Shown here piece after piece: positions 12,271 through 22,548 of a DNA stretch of 64,000 nucleotides. How positions within the stretch are numbered: the stretch's first letter is position 1; every line of letters starts with the position of its first letter. The notes below the pieces were generated by a model. That model made no database searches. It was not told the origin of the DNA and saw nothing but the letters and a program-made list of their open reading frames with translations. This stretch comes from Salisapilia sapeloensis CBS 127946 (taxonomy: Eukaryota; Protista; Oomycota). Position numbers and translations under genes: made by a program. The stretch covers positions 1-64,000 of the forward strand of contig JAADVB010000029.1 of assembly GCA_023334545.1 (NCBI GenBank). Reading direction: 5' to 3'.

Positions 12271-12460
12271 CAGTCGGTTGAATAGCACGAGCGAAGGACT
12301 AGTGAATAAGCTCTTGGGCTGTTCAAAATGTCCTGCAGCCAGTGATTGGAGCGGAGAGGTTGAGACGATACCAGACGCTGCCGGCCACATGGTCCACTCG
12401 AACTGGTACCGCGTACCATACGTGAACCACCTGACTTCCACCGCGTCCTCTGCCTTTGCT
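12177..12460 (-). ncRNA. Candidate structured RNA in the RPL35A leader (class unknown)
   Basis: Several nested stems: 12389-12397/12422-12430 enclosing 12404-12409/12413-12418; 12279-12286/12318-12325; 12177-12185/12238-12247. No known-family signature could be confirmed. Confidence 0.3.
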
Positions 12461-12748
12461 GGCATTCGATCCTACGGTCTACCAAGTAGCTCTTAATAGA
12501 AGAAGAGAGTACGTGTGGTGTACTGTCGTGTGTTTTCTTATTTTTAGACGGAAGACTGTGTATGGAGTATATAGATTTTGTACGGGATGTTATCGACTAT
12601 CTGTAGTGGCACTTTAATGGATCAGAAGAAAGGAAGAGGATAACAAGAGATCGGAACTGGAAGGTTGCCATGCTCTGTTCATCTTATTTAGCCCTGCAAA
12701 CGAATGCGTCGACGATCAAGCACCGAGATTCAAATGGGTCTACACAGC

Positions 12749-13368
12749 TTAGAAGCGGAGCTTCTTGAAGAAGAAGTTAACACCAGCAGCCTTCTTCTCG
12801 GACTTGATGTCGGCCTGGTTCTGGTAGCTATTGAAATAGATAGAGATTAGTCTTGTATTTCTACAAGAGACGTATATCAGGTGGACGTACCGCTCCTCGA
12901 AGACCTTCTTGATGGTCTTGCGAGACTCGACGCGCTTGTCCTGGTCGTTCATGACCTCATCGTCGAGGACCTTCTTCAGGTCGATGTCCGCCACATAACG
13001 CGTAGGCATGATGTGGTTGTAGTTGACGTACTTGACGAACGGCTTGACCTTGGTCTTCTTTTCCACCTTCTTCTTGCTCATGGCACGCGTAACCTTCTGC
13101 GGGTAGCGGTCAATGCCAGCAACTATTCATTACCACATCAATTCCTCTGCTATAAAGCCACACTCCATCGCAATATAAACATACCGATGCAGTGACCAAA
13201 CTTGCGGTCGCCACGGCCTTCGTCAAAGGTCTTGACAACAATAGCCTTGCGGCCGGCGTATCGGCCGTTCAGCATCACGACCACCTTCCCTTGCTTCACA
13301 CTACCATGACATTCACATCAATATCTCTAGAGGACCATACGCATGTCTCCTATAGCTTACATTCCCAT
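12749..13368 (-). CDS. RPL27: 60S ribosomal protein eL27; 4 exons (first coding exon only 8 nt)
   Basis: MG(I)|VKQGKVVVMLNGRYAGRKAIVVKTFDEG..GHCI|VAGIDRYPQKVTRAMSKKK..KPFVKYVNYNHIMPTRY..FFFKKLRF. Confidence 0.97.
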
Positions 13369-13457
13369 GGTGCTTTGTAAGACGCAGTTCCTTTTGATAA
13401 GAGCTTGGGCTTTGCTACACCATTCCGTACAGCCATTCACTTTTCAGCCGTTTTCCA

Positions 13458-13495
13458 CCAATCATCAGCACATCCATCCAATCATTTGCACCAAT
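13458..13495. promoter_or_regulatory. Cluster of three CCAAT boxes upstream of RPL27
   Basis: aCCAATca (13458), tCCAATca (13478) and aCCAATga (13491), 90-127 nt upstream of the RPL27 ATG; they match the NF-Y consensus CCAATSR. Confidence 0.55.
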
Positions 13496-13549
13496 GAAAG
13501 AATCATGAGAAAATCTTGAAACGATGTAGCTGCTATTCCCGATTATCTC

Positions 13550-16135
13550 CTACTCGTCGTCGTCTTCATTCTCGTCAAGCGACCCGAGGATCTCTCGACG
13601 ACCTCTTTCTTCCAACATACCACACATCTCATCGACACCACTTGCAGAGATCTGATTCGCATCCAGCTCTAACAACGTCAGTTTTGGACACTTGAGACAC
13701 ACTTGACTCACAAGTGCCACTGCTCCATTCTTGGTAATCTCGTTCCCGATAAACGATAGAGACGTTAGCGTTGAGAGACTGGAGCTTCCTAAAGCTTCCG
13801 CAAATGCACTCAATCCATCAGATGTGACTTCATTCTCATCCAACGCAAGTGTCTCCATCCGCAATTGCTTCTTCACGAACGTCGTCACGACCTCGAGTCC
13901 TTCATCCTCCAATTCATTGCCAGATAGATCCAAATGCACAAGCTGGATATCAGCATTCTCCAATGCATCCACAAGTAACTTGACACCTTCAATCCCAAGT
14001 CCAGCATCACGCAGTTTCAACGTCATCAAGTCCTTTTGATGATGAAGCGCATCCGCCAGGAACGCTGCACCTTCACCGCCAAACGAACAATCACTTAAAT
14101 CCAACGATTGGAGACGTCGCAAGTGTTTCCCAATACTCCTAGCCATCTCTGCACTTGCTTCTTCACCAGCCCTAGCACTCGCAAAGCGTAGGAAGCGTAG
14201 CTCCGGTGTCGTATGCAGGACATTTGCAATCGCGAGACAACCATCCGCTCCACTCATGTTGTTATAAAAGTGGAACTCTTCTAAAGGAGCTTTGTTCTGG
14301 ACGATCACTTCGTCTGCAATGACTTGCGCGGCTGCAGCAGAGATACCATTATTGCAGAAGAGGAGACGACGGAGGTTTGGTTGCGGGATCAAGAGTTGGA
14401 AGCATGCTCGCACCCCTTTTTCGCCCAAAGCGTTGTCACTTAAATCGATCTCATCCAGTTCCTGACCATGCAGTGGCGCACATAACGTCTCTAGCACACG
14501 CAACGCTTCAGCTTCTGGTCGACCGGCAATGACGTCGGCAAAGTCAGCAACTTTCAGACCGCTAAGACGTGAAAGCAAGTGCTTAGCAATCACTTGCGCA
14601 CCGCCTTCCGTGTAGCTTTTACCACGTAGTGAGACAGAGTCAAAGTGCAAGCGAGATGTAGCGTCTAGTTCCACTGCAGCTTCCGTCAATAGAGCTCGTG
14701 CACGATCTTCATCAACGACTTCTCTTTCCGAATTGACAAAGGAAAAGGAACCACTAATGGGTTCACTCACGAGCGACAAGTTCTTTTCCAACATACTTCC
14801 CAAGTCGTCCATCGGTGAGGAACCTGGGAGAACAGTGGTGGAAATGGCAGACAGAGAAGCTGTCTCCATATCTTCACTAACGCTTTCCATATCCTCTTCA
14901 CTTTCCTCTCCATCTTCATCATTATCTTCCAATGATCCAAGGACATCACTCTTCCCCGCTTTTTCTAACTTGGACATGATACTCGAGATACCATTCGAAG
15001 AGATTGCGTTCCCATCCATCTCCAATGACGTAAAGTTCGGCTTCTGGAGGATCGCGTCGACAATCGCGACGGCACCAGATGTACCGATCTCATTTACATT
15101 CAACACTAGTTTGTCCAAGTTGGGACTACTCGTCTTGATCGCACTCGCCAAGGTACGAGCTCCTTTGCTTTCAATCTCGTTCTCTTCTGCTTGGAGCACA
15201 CGCAAGCCGACACATTTCTGAATGACTAAGGCCACGGACATCATGCCGTCCGGTGTCAAGTCATTGCCAGAAACGTCCAGCGACATGAGGTTGCTGCACG
15301 TATCGGCCAAGGCAGTCGCAATCGCATCCATGCCTCCGTCCTCGACACTTGCGTCACGTAGATTGAGCGACATCAAGTCGCGCATGCCTTCTACAGCCTT
15401 GGCAATCGCAACTCCACCTTCCTCTTTGAACGTATTGTCGCTCAAGTCTAGCTTCTCTAAGTGGTACAGACCAGCCAAGGCCTTGGCAAATGCCAAACTA
15501 CCTTCTCTCTGGGCTCTCGTGGCAGAGAAACGGAGGTCTCGTAGCTCTGGAGATAACGGGAGTAGCTTCGCTAGAGCTTTCGCACCGCCATCGCCACTCA
15601 TGTTATTGTAAAAGTGGAAGAGCTGGAGCTTGGTCGGTGTCTCAGTACCACGGAAGAGCAGCACTTCATCCACAATGACTTCCGCAGCAGCGGCTGAGAT
15701 GCCATTGTTACAGAAATACAGCTCTTTTAAGTGAGCTTGTTCCTGGATCAGTCCAAAGCAAGCACGAACACCTTTTTCACCAAGCGCATTGTCACTCAGA
15801 TCAATATGTTCGAGCTGTTTGCACGATGCGAGGGCGTCACAGAGCTGTTGCAGCACCTGCAGTGCTTCATCTTCCGGTCTCCCAGCAATAATGTCAGCGA
15901 AATCCACATGCGTAAGGTTTTTAAAGGCATCTAGCTCTTGCAAACGCTGGAAGAAGGATGCAAGGATCTGCGCAGCTTCCAACGTATAGCTCTTATTACG
16001 AAGTGAAATGTGGGTAAAGGACGGGGGAGTCGCGTCCGACAGGATTGAGTCATACGGAGCAAGCAACTCTCGAGCTCTGTCAGCTGACACGAGCTCCCTA
16101 TCACCCGATAAGGATAACAACGTCGATCCGTCCAT
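13550..16135 (-). CDS. RANGAP1: Ran GTPase-activating protein with two tandem LRR GAP domains
   Basis: Twice repeated: SLRNKSYT/SLRGKSYT, DFADIIAGRPEDEAL/DFADVIAGRPEAEAL, IDLSDNALGEKGVRAC, FCNNGISAAAA, FHFYNNMSG, LRFSATR/LRFASAR, and LGSL(E/D)xN(D/E) followed by an acidic stretch. Confidence 0.9.
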   Translation of the reverse strand: MDGSTLLSLSGDRELVSADRARELLAPYDSILSDATPPSFTHISLRNKSYTLEAAQILASFFQRLQELDAFKNLTHVDFADIIAGRPEDEALQVLQQLCDALASCKQLEHIDLSDNALGEKGVRACFGLIQEQAHLKELYFCNNGISAAAAEVIVDEVLLFRGTETPTKLQLFHFYNNMSGDGGAKALAKLLPLSPELRDLRFSATRAQREGSLAFAKALAGLYHLEKLDLSDNTFKEEGGVAIAKAVEGMRDLMSLNLRDASVEDGGMDAIATALADTCSNLMSLDVSGNDLTPDGMMSVALVIQKCVGLRVLQAEENEIESKGARTLASAIKTSSPNLDKLVLNVNEIGTSGAVAIVDAILQKPNFTSLEMDGNAISSNGISSIMSKLEKAGKSDVLGSLEDNDEDGEESEEDMESVSEDMETASLSAISTTVLPGSSPMDDLGSMLEKNLSLVSEPISGSFSFVNSEREVVDEDRARALLTEAAVELDATSRLHFDSVSLRGKSYTEGGAQVIAKHLLSRLSGLKVADFADVIAGRPEAEALRVLETLCAPLHGQELDEIDLSDNALGEKGVRACFQLLIPQPNLRRLLFCNNGISAAAAQVIADEVIVQNKAPLEEFHFYNNMSGADGCLAIANVLHTTPELRFLRFASARAGEEASAEMARSIGKHLRRLQSLDLSDCSFGGEGAAFLADALHHQKDLMTLKLRDAGLGIEGVKLLVDALENADIQLVHLDLSGNELEDEGLEVVTTFVKKQLRMETLALDENEVTSDGLSAFAEALGSSSLSTLTSLSFIGNEITKNGAVALVSQVCLKCPKLTLLELDANQISASGVDEMCGMLEERGRREILGSLDENEDDDE

Positions 16136-16327
16136 TCAAGTAGCTTCCTCTTGTTTTTCGAAATGAGTCAAAGAAAAGAAAACAGAAATCTTTTGTTATA
16201 TGCAAATGACGTCCTACTTTGTCTTCCACTTAGTCGAAATCGATACTACGTCGTAGCTCTTGCATATACCCTCGAAGCAAGTCACGCACTTGGAGGAATG
16301 TAGCACAGCTCAAGATCGATGTAGATT

Positions 16328-17428
16328 CTACATTAGGTACGTTAGGTACATCCTATAAAGTGATTGACAAGCATAAGTACCTCCGTCCGTCGCATCGTCG
16401 GATTCGTAACTGCAAAAGCCGTATTGTTCCTGATAGTAATCCACACCAAAGAAGATGGCGACGAGCACGAGGATGAATAACAACGTGTACAAGGGGATGA
16501 CGATGAAAAGCTGCTTTAGCTGGTCACGACGCACACGCTCGGCCTCTTGCTCCGCAACTTTAGCCAGGTGTTCCTCCCGTTCATTCAAAAGCTCCTTTAG
16601 TTCGTCGGAAACGGCCGTCTCATCCTCACTGCTATCATGTTCACTCTCGGTGGCATCTGACTCATCGTCAGAACTCGAGTTCGCGACAAAGTCCGAATCG
16701 TCTTCTTCTTCTGGAAACTCGAGCGACCGGAGCGGCTTATCTGCCACGTACATGCCCGAGGCACGTACTGGTTGGGAGGTAGTAGACGTCGTTTGAACTA
16801 TATGGGTCTCACGGATGACGTATCCAGTGGTGCCAGCGGCTTCCGTAGTGCCAGTAGACCACTCTTGGACCTCTGCCTGCTCCTCTGCAGGTGTCATCGG
16901 CTGCTCCGGTGTGTTCTCCACGCTTGTCGTCGCAGTCAAGTATGCGCTCGACGTTTTCCTATTGCAAATGAATAAATACTTTTACAAACTTAAAGATGAC
17001 TAGACGCCTACGTTAGTATCTCTCGAGCAATGTCATCTCCTTCCAAGGTTTCTGTGGACGTAGTCGGCTCTTCGACACTCTGCTGTACCCACGCCGAGTA
17101 GACCCTCTTCTAGTTCCAAGCACACGCGTCACTCATTTGAACGATACACGTATCTAATTCTATATAATACATTCGCAGCATCCTCCATAGACCCACTAAG
17201 CAATGCTTTGGACGTCCCAGCATTCGCAACGGACATATCGGCCGTCACGGACGGCTGCGGCCCAGTCGTCGTCCGAGCGACCTTTGTCTTGGGCTCCGTG
17301 TCATCCGACTCATGGAACTTGCGCTTGCTCGAGTTTTCATTCGAGTGACGCGCCACAGCTTCGTCTACACGCTTACGCCGAGCTTCCTCCGCCTCTTGCT
17401 TCGCCTGCGCCAGCTTCGATGACGCCAT
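16328..17428 (-). CDS. Hypothetical single-pass membrane protein (basic N-terminus, acidic region, C-terminal TM); 3 exons
   Basis: GT-AG introns join ORF 17129-17428 to ORF 16328-16939 through a short middle exon (KRVYSAWVQQS..REILT). TM LFIVIPLYTLLFILVLVAIFFGV, followed by a short tail with a Cys pair. Confidence 0.65.
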
Positions 17429-17442
17429 CTCGTTTTCGTGCG

Positions 17443-17489
17443 TTTTTGGTTTTTAAAATCGCAATTTGAACTCTTTTTGGTTTTAAAAA
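17443..17489. repeat. Near-identical 16-bp direct repeat in a 67-nt intergenic gap
   Basis: tttttggtttttaaaa (17443-17458) and tttttggttttaaaaa (17474-17489), period 31 nt. Confidence 0.6.
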
Positions 17490-17495
17490 TGTTGT

Positions 17496-18875
17496 TTAAA
17501 TCGCTCTATGACGCGTTGTCAATCGTGAGATGACTTCAACGTCTGAAACTAGTGCTTGGACAGTCGAGTTGATACCGGCACCAGTGCCAGATAGAAGGAG
17601 TGGTTCTGGAAAGCCCCTGGTGTGAATCTCAATTGCATTCTCTGTGCCTGTAGATAGTTAGTAGTTGCTTTAAAATTAGAGAGAAGGAATGTACGTTGTG
17701 TGGTCGCAAAAATGCTGTCACTTGGCACAGCGGCGAGTCCCACGTGAATCTTGCCGGTAGACGAGATGGTGCCAAGGTAGGTGAGTTTGCAGTCATTTGC
17801 GACAGCATCGGCTACTTTTGAGTCGAAGCCTGAGTCTAGCTGTGACACTTGGTCTAAGAACGTGTCTACAGGTAGAGACAGCATCTCAGATGGGATCAAT
17901 TCTTCCGTCTCGACGTCCTTTGTCTCGACATTCCATCCAATTTCCCGTGCCATAATAACCATTTTTCGAACAACGTCAGCTCCCTATTTACATTTATTGG
18001 TAAGAGCTACCTACAAAAAGAATATACAACCACTACGTACCGACAAGTCCTCTCGAGGATCGGACTCGGTGACGCCAGCGTTCATAGCTGACTTTAGCGC
18101 CTCACTAAAGCTCTTTTCACTACTCCAAGCATGGTGTTAATGCTATAGATACACATTTTATCCACATTCTCCTATACTTGTTCATTTCATCCAGGATGTG
18201 GCACATGGTACCACTGAGACTGCCACGTATCGAGTAGATCGTGTCCTCTGCATCGACTAATCGGCGTAACACGGTCATCACTGGCAACCCCGCGCCAACA
18301 GTAGCTTCATAACGTACAAGTAGCGATCGGTTTTCATCCGAAGAATCATCTCTCGTCAGGCTTTGATACGACTCTAGATCTCCTGCTAATGGGACTTTAT
18401 TGGCAAAGACAAGACCAACTTCATCGCAACTAGATCGAGCACGAACTAAACTGGATGAAATACTGTCATCTGATGTGCAGTCAATGATAATGTATCGATC
18501 ACATGCTCCACTTTCGATCAAATAGTCGACTGGTATTGCAGCGTACTCTGCCTCTGCAGCATGCTCGCTTTGCCAATCTCGCAAAGTTCCACGTTTAGAT
18601 GCTTTCCATGTTGCAATGGATTCTAATTGATTGCCATCAAAACCTTCCAATGCATGTACAAACCCTTTTGAGTCACCAATCGCGACCACGACCTTATCCT
18701 TTCGCTTCGCAAGAGCTCGTACCAATTGACATCCAACGCTTCCCATTCCAACGACAACAATTCCAACTTTGATCTTTCTTACACTGTCATCTTGCCAGTC
18801 ATCAAGGCGATCAAGCTGACTGCCAAGCAAGAAGCCGATTGCCAATGCCACGGAAGCTACAAGCGTCACCTTCAT
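17496..18875 (-). CDS. Homoserine dehydrogenase (monofunctional) with hydrophobic N-terminus; 4 exons
   Basis: Rossmann motif VVGMGSVG, IIDCT, VFANK, RYEATVGAGLPV, GSLSGT, ESDPREDLSG-ADVVRK and GTGAG; three GT-AG introns; stop TAA at 17496-17498. Confidence 0.85.
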
Positions 18876-19066
18876 CGACGATCACTTGGCACCGTGCTAG
18901 CTTGTCACTTGTCTATATGCAACTCTCTCCTGTGTACGTGCATCGCATATCTTTCTACGATCTTGGACAGCAGCACCATGCTGCGCACGTCCATTCTTTC
19001 CAGGGATTCCATAAATCATTCCACGCAACGCCCCGTAGCTCTCGGACTGAAATCTAGAAAAGTGAT

Positions 19067-20638
19067 ATGATGCAATCGATCATGAAACTCATCCTCGCGG
19101 CAGCTCTTTACTCATCCGTGTCTGCAGCGACCACAGCCACTGGCGACGTCTTGGTTACCATGCCCATCACTGTCGATGGTAACATGCAAGATTTAAAGCT
19201 CTTGCGTGGAGAAACCGCGGAAGATGCGGCTAGATCTTTTGCCCGATCGCACGGCCTTTTGAACCAAGACGACGATGCCAAGGTCCAACAAGTGATTGAC
19301 CAGCTCTCTAGTCTCCTACGTGACCAGATGAGTCAGATGCAGCAAGAGGAGCCTGCAGAGTCGAGCGAGACGCTTCCACCAGTCGAGATTACGCTACCCG
19401 TCACGGTCGAAGGTTACAGTGGTGAATTGAAAAAGTATCAAGGCGAGACGAGTGAAGCTGCCGTTGAGCGATATCTTTACGCCACTGGCTTCTCTATGGA
19501 CGTCATGCGTCGAGTCTACCCACAACTCCTGACTGCTTTGAACGATCGCTTGCAACAGCAAGCTCCTCGTCAAGAGGTTTTCTCGTTCCCTGTCAGTATC
19601 GACGGCAAGGAAGTTGTCTTCCAGCACTTTGACAATGGCGATCCGACGCAAGAAGCGATCAGTACGCTACAAGCTGCTGGGTATCAAGATCAAGCACAGC
19701 TTGATCGCATGGCACCTCAAGTCGCACAAGAGATCACGAATCGGATCAACGCGCAACAACAACTCGTCGAGGCATTCCAAATGCCGGTTACGCTTGGTGG
19801 TCAGCAGCTTTCGCTAAGTCACTACGAAGGTCTTTCGGCTCAAGATTCTGCACGTCACTTCCTTTCTACCAACAACATCCAGGACGAAGCTACTGTCCAG
19901 GAACTCGTTCCTCAACTCGTACAGATCATCGAGAACCGTGCAACCGAGTTACAGCAGCAAGCAACGCAGCAAGCAACGCAGCCACAACGCTCTCCGTCCG
20001 TTATCTTGCCCATCAGTCTCGGAAACGACCAGCAAGCCATTCTCGAGTACTATGATGGCGATAACATTCAAACCACGGTGATTTCCTTCTTGAACGGTGT
20101 CGGTATGACTGCCGAGGACCCTGCCTTCCAAGGCAACGCTGAAAGACTTGTTGGTATGGTGCAAGAGCGTCTGAATACAGCGCAGGCGAAGGATACTACG
20201 CCACGCACCCCTTTGCTATCACTACCCATCACTCTCAGCGGTGTCACGTACGAGCTCCAATACTATGAAGGACAAGAACCTGGCGCTGTGGCACATACTT
20301 TCTGCAATGAAAAGTATAACGCTCTAGCGCGCGAGTTGGCAACTGCATTCGACGGCAACCAAGTGGCGGAGTGCTCCAACGTGATCCAAAACACCATCAC
20401 TCAACGTCTCTCTGGTAACCAACAATCTGGTGAACCAACGTCCGAGGCGCCGAAGAAAGGAGATCTGCTCTTTACGGTCGACATCAACTTTGGTGAAGGC
20501 AATACGGTTCCGATGGAAGTGCATCGTAATGAACGCCCGGAAGATATTGCGAAAGCCTTCTGTAAGCAGCACAATGTGGATGAAAGTAACATCCCAGTGC
20601 TCGTGCAAGCGATTGAGAAGCAGCTCCAAGCCAACTAA
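19067..20638 (+). CDS. Signal-peptide protein made of seven ~65-aa repeats
   Basis: Signal peptide MMQSIMKLILAAALYSSVSA; seven copies of LP(I/V)(T/S)x-G..L..Y.G....A..F followed by an amphipathic helix; no TM segment. Confidence 0.85.
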   Translation: MMQSIMKLILAAALYSSVSAATTATGDVLVTMPITVDGNMQDLKLLRGETAEDAARSFARSHGLLNQDDDAKVQQVIDQLSSLLRDQMSQMQQEEPAESSETLPPVEITLPVTVEGYSGELKKYQGETSEAAVERYLYATGFSMDVMRRVYPQLLTALNDRLQQQAPRQEVFSFPVSIDGKEVVFQHFDNGDPTQEAISTLQAAGYQDQAQLDRMAPQVAQEITNRINAQQQLVEAFQMPVTLGGQQLSLSHYEGLSAQDSARHFLSTNNIQDEATVQELVPQLVQIIENRATELQQQATQQATQPQRSPSVILPISLGNDQQAILEYYDGDNIQTTVISFLNGVGMTAEDPAFQGNAERLVGMVQERLNTAQAKDTTPRTPLLSLPITLSGVTYELQYYEGQEPGAVAHTFCNEKYNALARELATAFDGNQVAECSNVIQNTITQRLSGNQQSGEPTSEAPKKGDLLFTVDINFGEGNTVPMEVHRNERPEDIAKAFCKQHNVDESNIPVLVQAIEKQLQAN

Positions 20639-20733
20639 CTTCTTTTCGACATCTACAAGATGGAAAACAATACTCACGAAATGCTCCTTTGATTCCCACT
20701 TTGATACTTAACGCATTCATCCTATCCCTTTTA

Positions 20734-22325
20734 TTACTCCAAGTCCATGAGTTGGTCCAAGTCGTCCATGTCACTCCCATACTCTCCACCAGACAAGTCG
20801 TCATACTCACTGTAGGCCGTATCCTCTGCATCCTCAACTGCCTCCATTTCTCCATGCGCAAGTGCCTCACCCATCATCCGAAGCGTGTTCCGAAAGTACG
20901 GTCGATAAAAGTTCCAAAATTCATCCACGTCCATATCGCTCTCGTCATAATCACTCTCATCGCCCTCACTTTCAGACCAATCTTTATAATCCGAGATCCG
21001 ATGCCATTCTAACGGCTGAGATGTCAAGTCGGCAGTCCGAATGGCTTCACGTAGATGCATGTCTGGGCTTATGGTTAGCATCCAGGACAGAGTGAGGAAT
21101 ATAAGCAAAGGTCGTACCGATCACTTCAGTACAGGAAAAAGGTTCCTGTCCAAAGTTTACATGAATGCCATCGGGAGTATCGATGCCGATCACCGGATAC
21201 CAATCGTTTGGCGGTAGTCGACTACGAGCAGACACATCTCCAGTAGCTATAAAGACGACAAATCAAGCTTTAGAAAGTTTTCTAATGCATAAACATCAAA
21301 AGAATGTACGATGGATCCGTCCGCCATTGCGCGTAAAGTGTGTCGCAAGCGTTCTCGAGTCTTCCTGCATATAGATGCCGCATCCGACAACGTCTCCAGC
21401 GCCATAAGGTCGACCAAAATCCGTTCCCTGCTCGGCACAAAGGAGAAAAACTTAGATATATAATCGCTAAACACATCTACAAGCTACCATACGCTTGCAC
21501 TGTTATAATAAAAGCTGCCATCGTCACCATGATACCCCATGGATCGGGAGTCCCATCCAGGTTGTTTTCCATGAAGCAAGAACTGGCGTGTACCGAGTCC
21601 AATTGCAATCGTGTCTTCACTCTGAGGCGCGATTCGAATCGTACCAAGACCAGCAACACGTTTCGTGATTGATAGCTCAAAGTACCCTCCAGTCGTGAGT
21701 CCGATTTCATACCGGAGGTTGGATTCGTCCCTTCTTTGGACCACGATCGGGTGTAGCACATTTATGAAAGGGACGTTTGCTCGCACACTACGGTCGTCGC
21801 CAAGGATACGACCAGTGTAGGCAAAGTCCGTCGCGGTGTTACAACCAGGGTTGAGCCTTCCGTTCTCCAACAACGCTTCCACCCTGTAGAACATTAGCGC
21901 TAGACGTAACTTGTAGACTATTAACGTACCGTTGATTGTCCAATGTTTCACCCATACAATTACGAGTACGAAAGAGGTTCATCGTGGATGGAACACATAT
22001 CATTGCATGCGTCAGGAGCTGGTACATGCGATTTTCAGAGCAATCCCTACGAAAGGGTCAGATACTTGGGCTAGAAAAGTATGTTCACAAGGCTTTACTT
22101 TGAAAATAACTTGTCAACTCCGGGAGCTAACTGAATTGGGATATCAGGAGCTAGAGCAAAATTGAGTTCTTGCCAATGGCGACGAAATAGCTCTTTCCAA
22201 ATCGGAACGGTTGGCAGGATGTCCGTCGATATGCGTTTATACGCCACTGTAAACGCTTCTACGTCCTGTGCTGGCAGGTAGAGAAGTGTCTGTACGATTA
22301 CATCTTGTATGTCCGGAAAAGGCAT
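20734..22325 (-). CDS. F-box-like plus SPRY/B30.2 protein, paralogue A; 6 exons
   Basis: N-terminal PDIQDVIVQTLLYLP..PIWKELFRRHW; SPRY motifs GYFELSI, TIAIGL, PGWDSRSMGYHGDDG, YGAGDVVGCG, FTRNG, WYPVIG..VNFGQEPF; acidic tail; five GT-AG introns modelled. Confidence 0.8.
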
Positions 22326-22548
22326 AGTCGACTTCTCTGTAGGTCCTGAGCGAAGGCTAGTACAACACTATCACTATCTCTTCCAAGCAAGTCGTCTTGA
22401 TGTATTAATTAGCACATAGCTTTAATATTTATCCGGACATAGAAACTGTAATTTATATATAAGATTTCCAAAGAGTATTAAAATGTAGAGATCTTGAATA
22501 GCAGCAAGAACCTGAGTACGTCATATTACGCGAAGAGAGCAAGTGCGG

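Noticed and set aside
12177-12460. RNase P or MRP RNA, SRP RNA, U3 or TPP riboswitch identity for the RPL35A leader
   Set aside because: CAATTCAGAC and AGTCCCAT resemble RNase P CR-V and CR-IV, but the CR-I candidate (GGCAGCGTCTGG) lacks the conserved GGxAA. MRP (GAAAGUCCCC), SRP helix 8, U3 boxes and TPP (UGAGA..AUACC..CUGAU) signatures are absent. Kept only as unknown structure.
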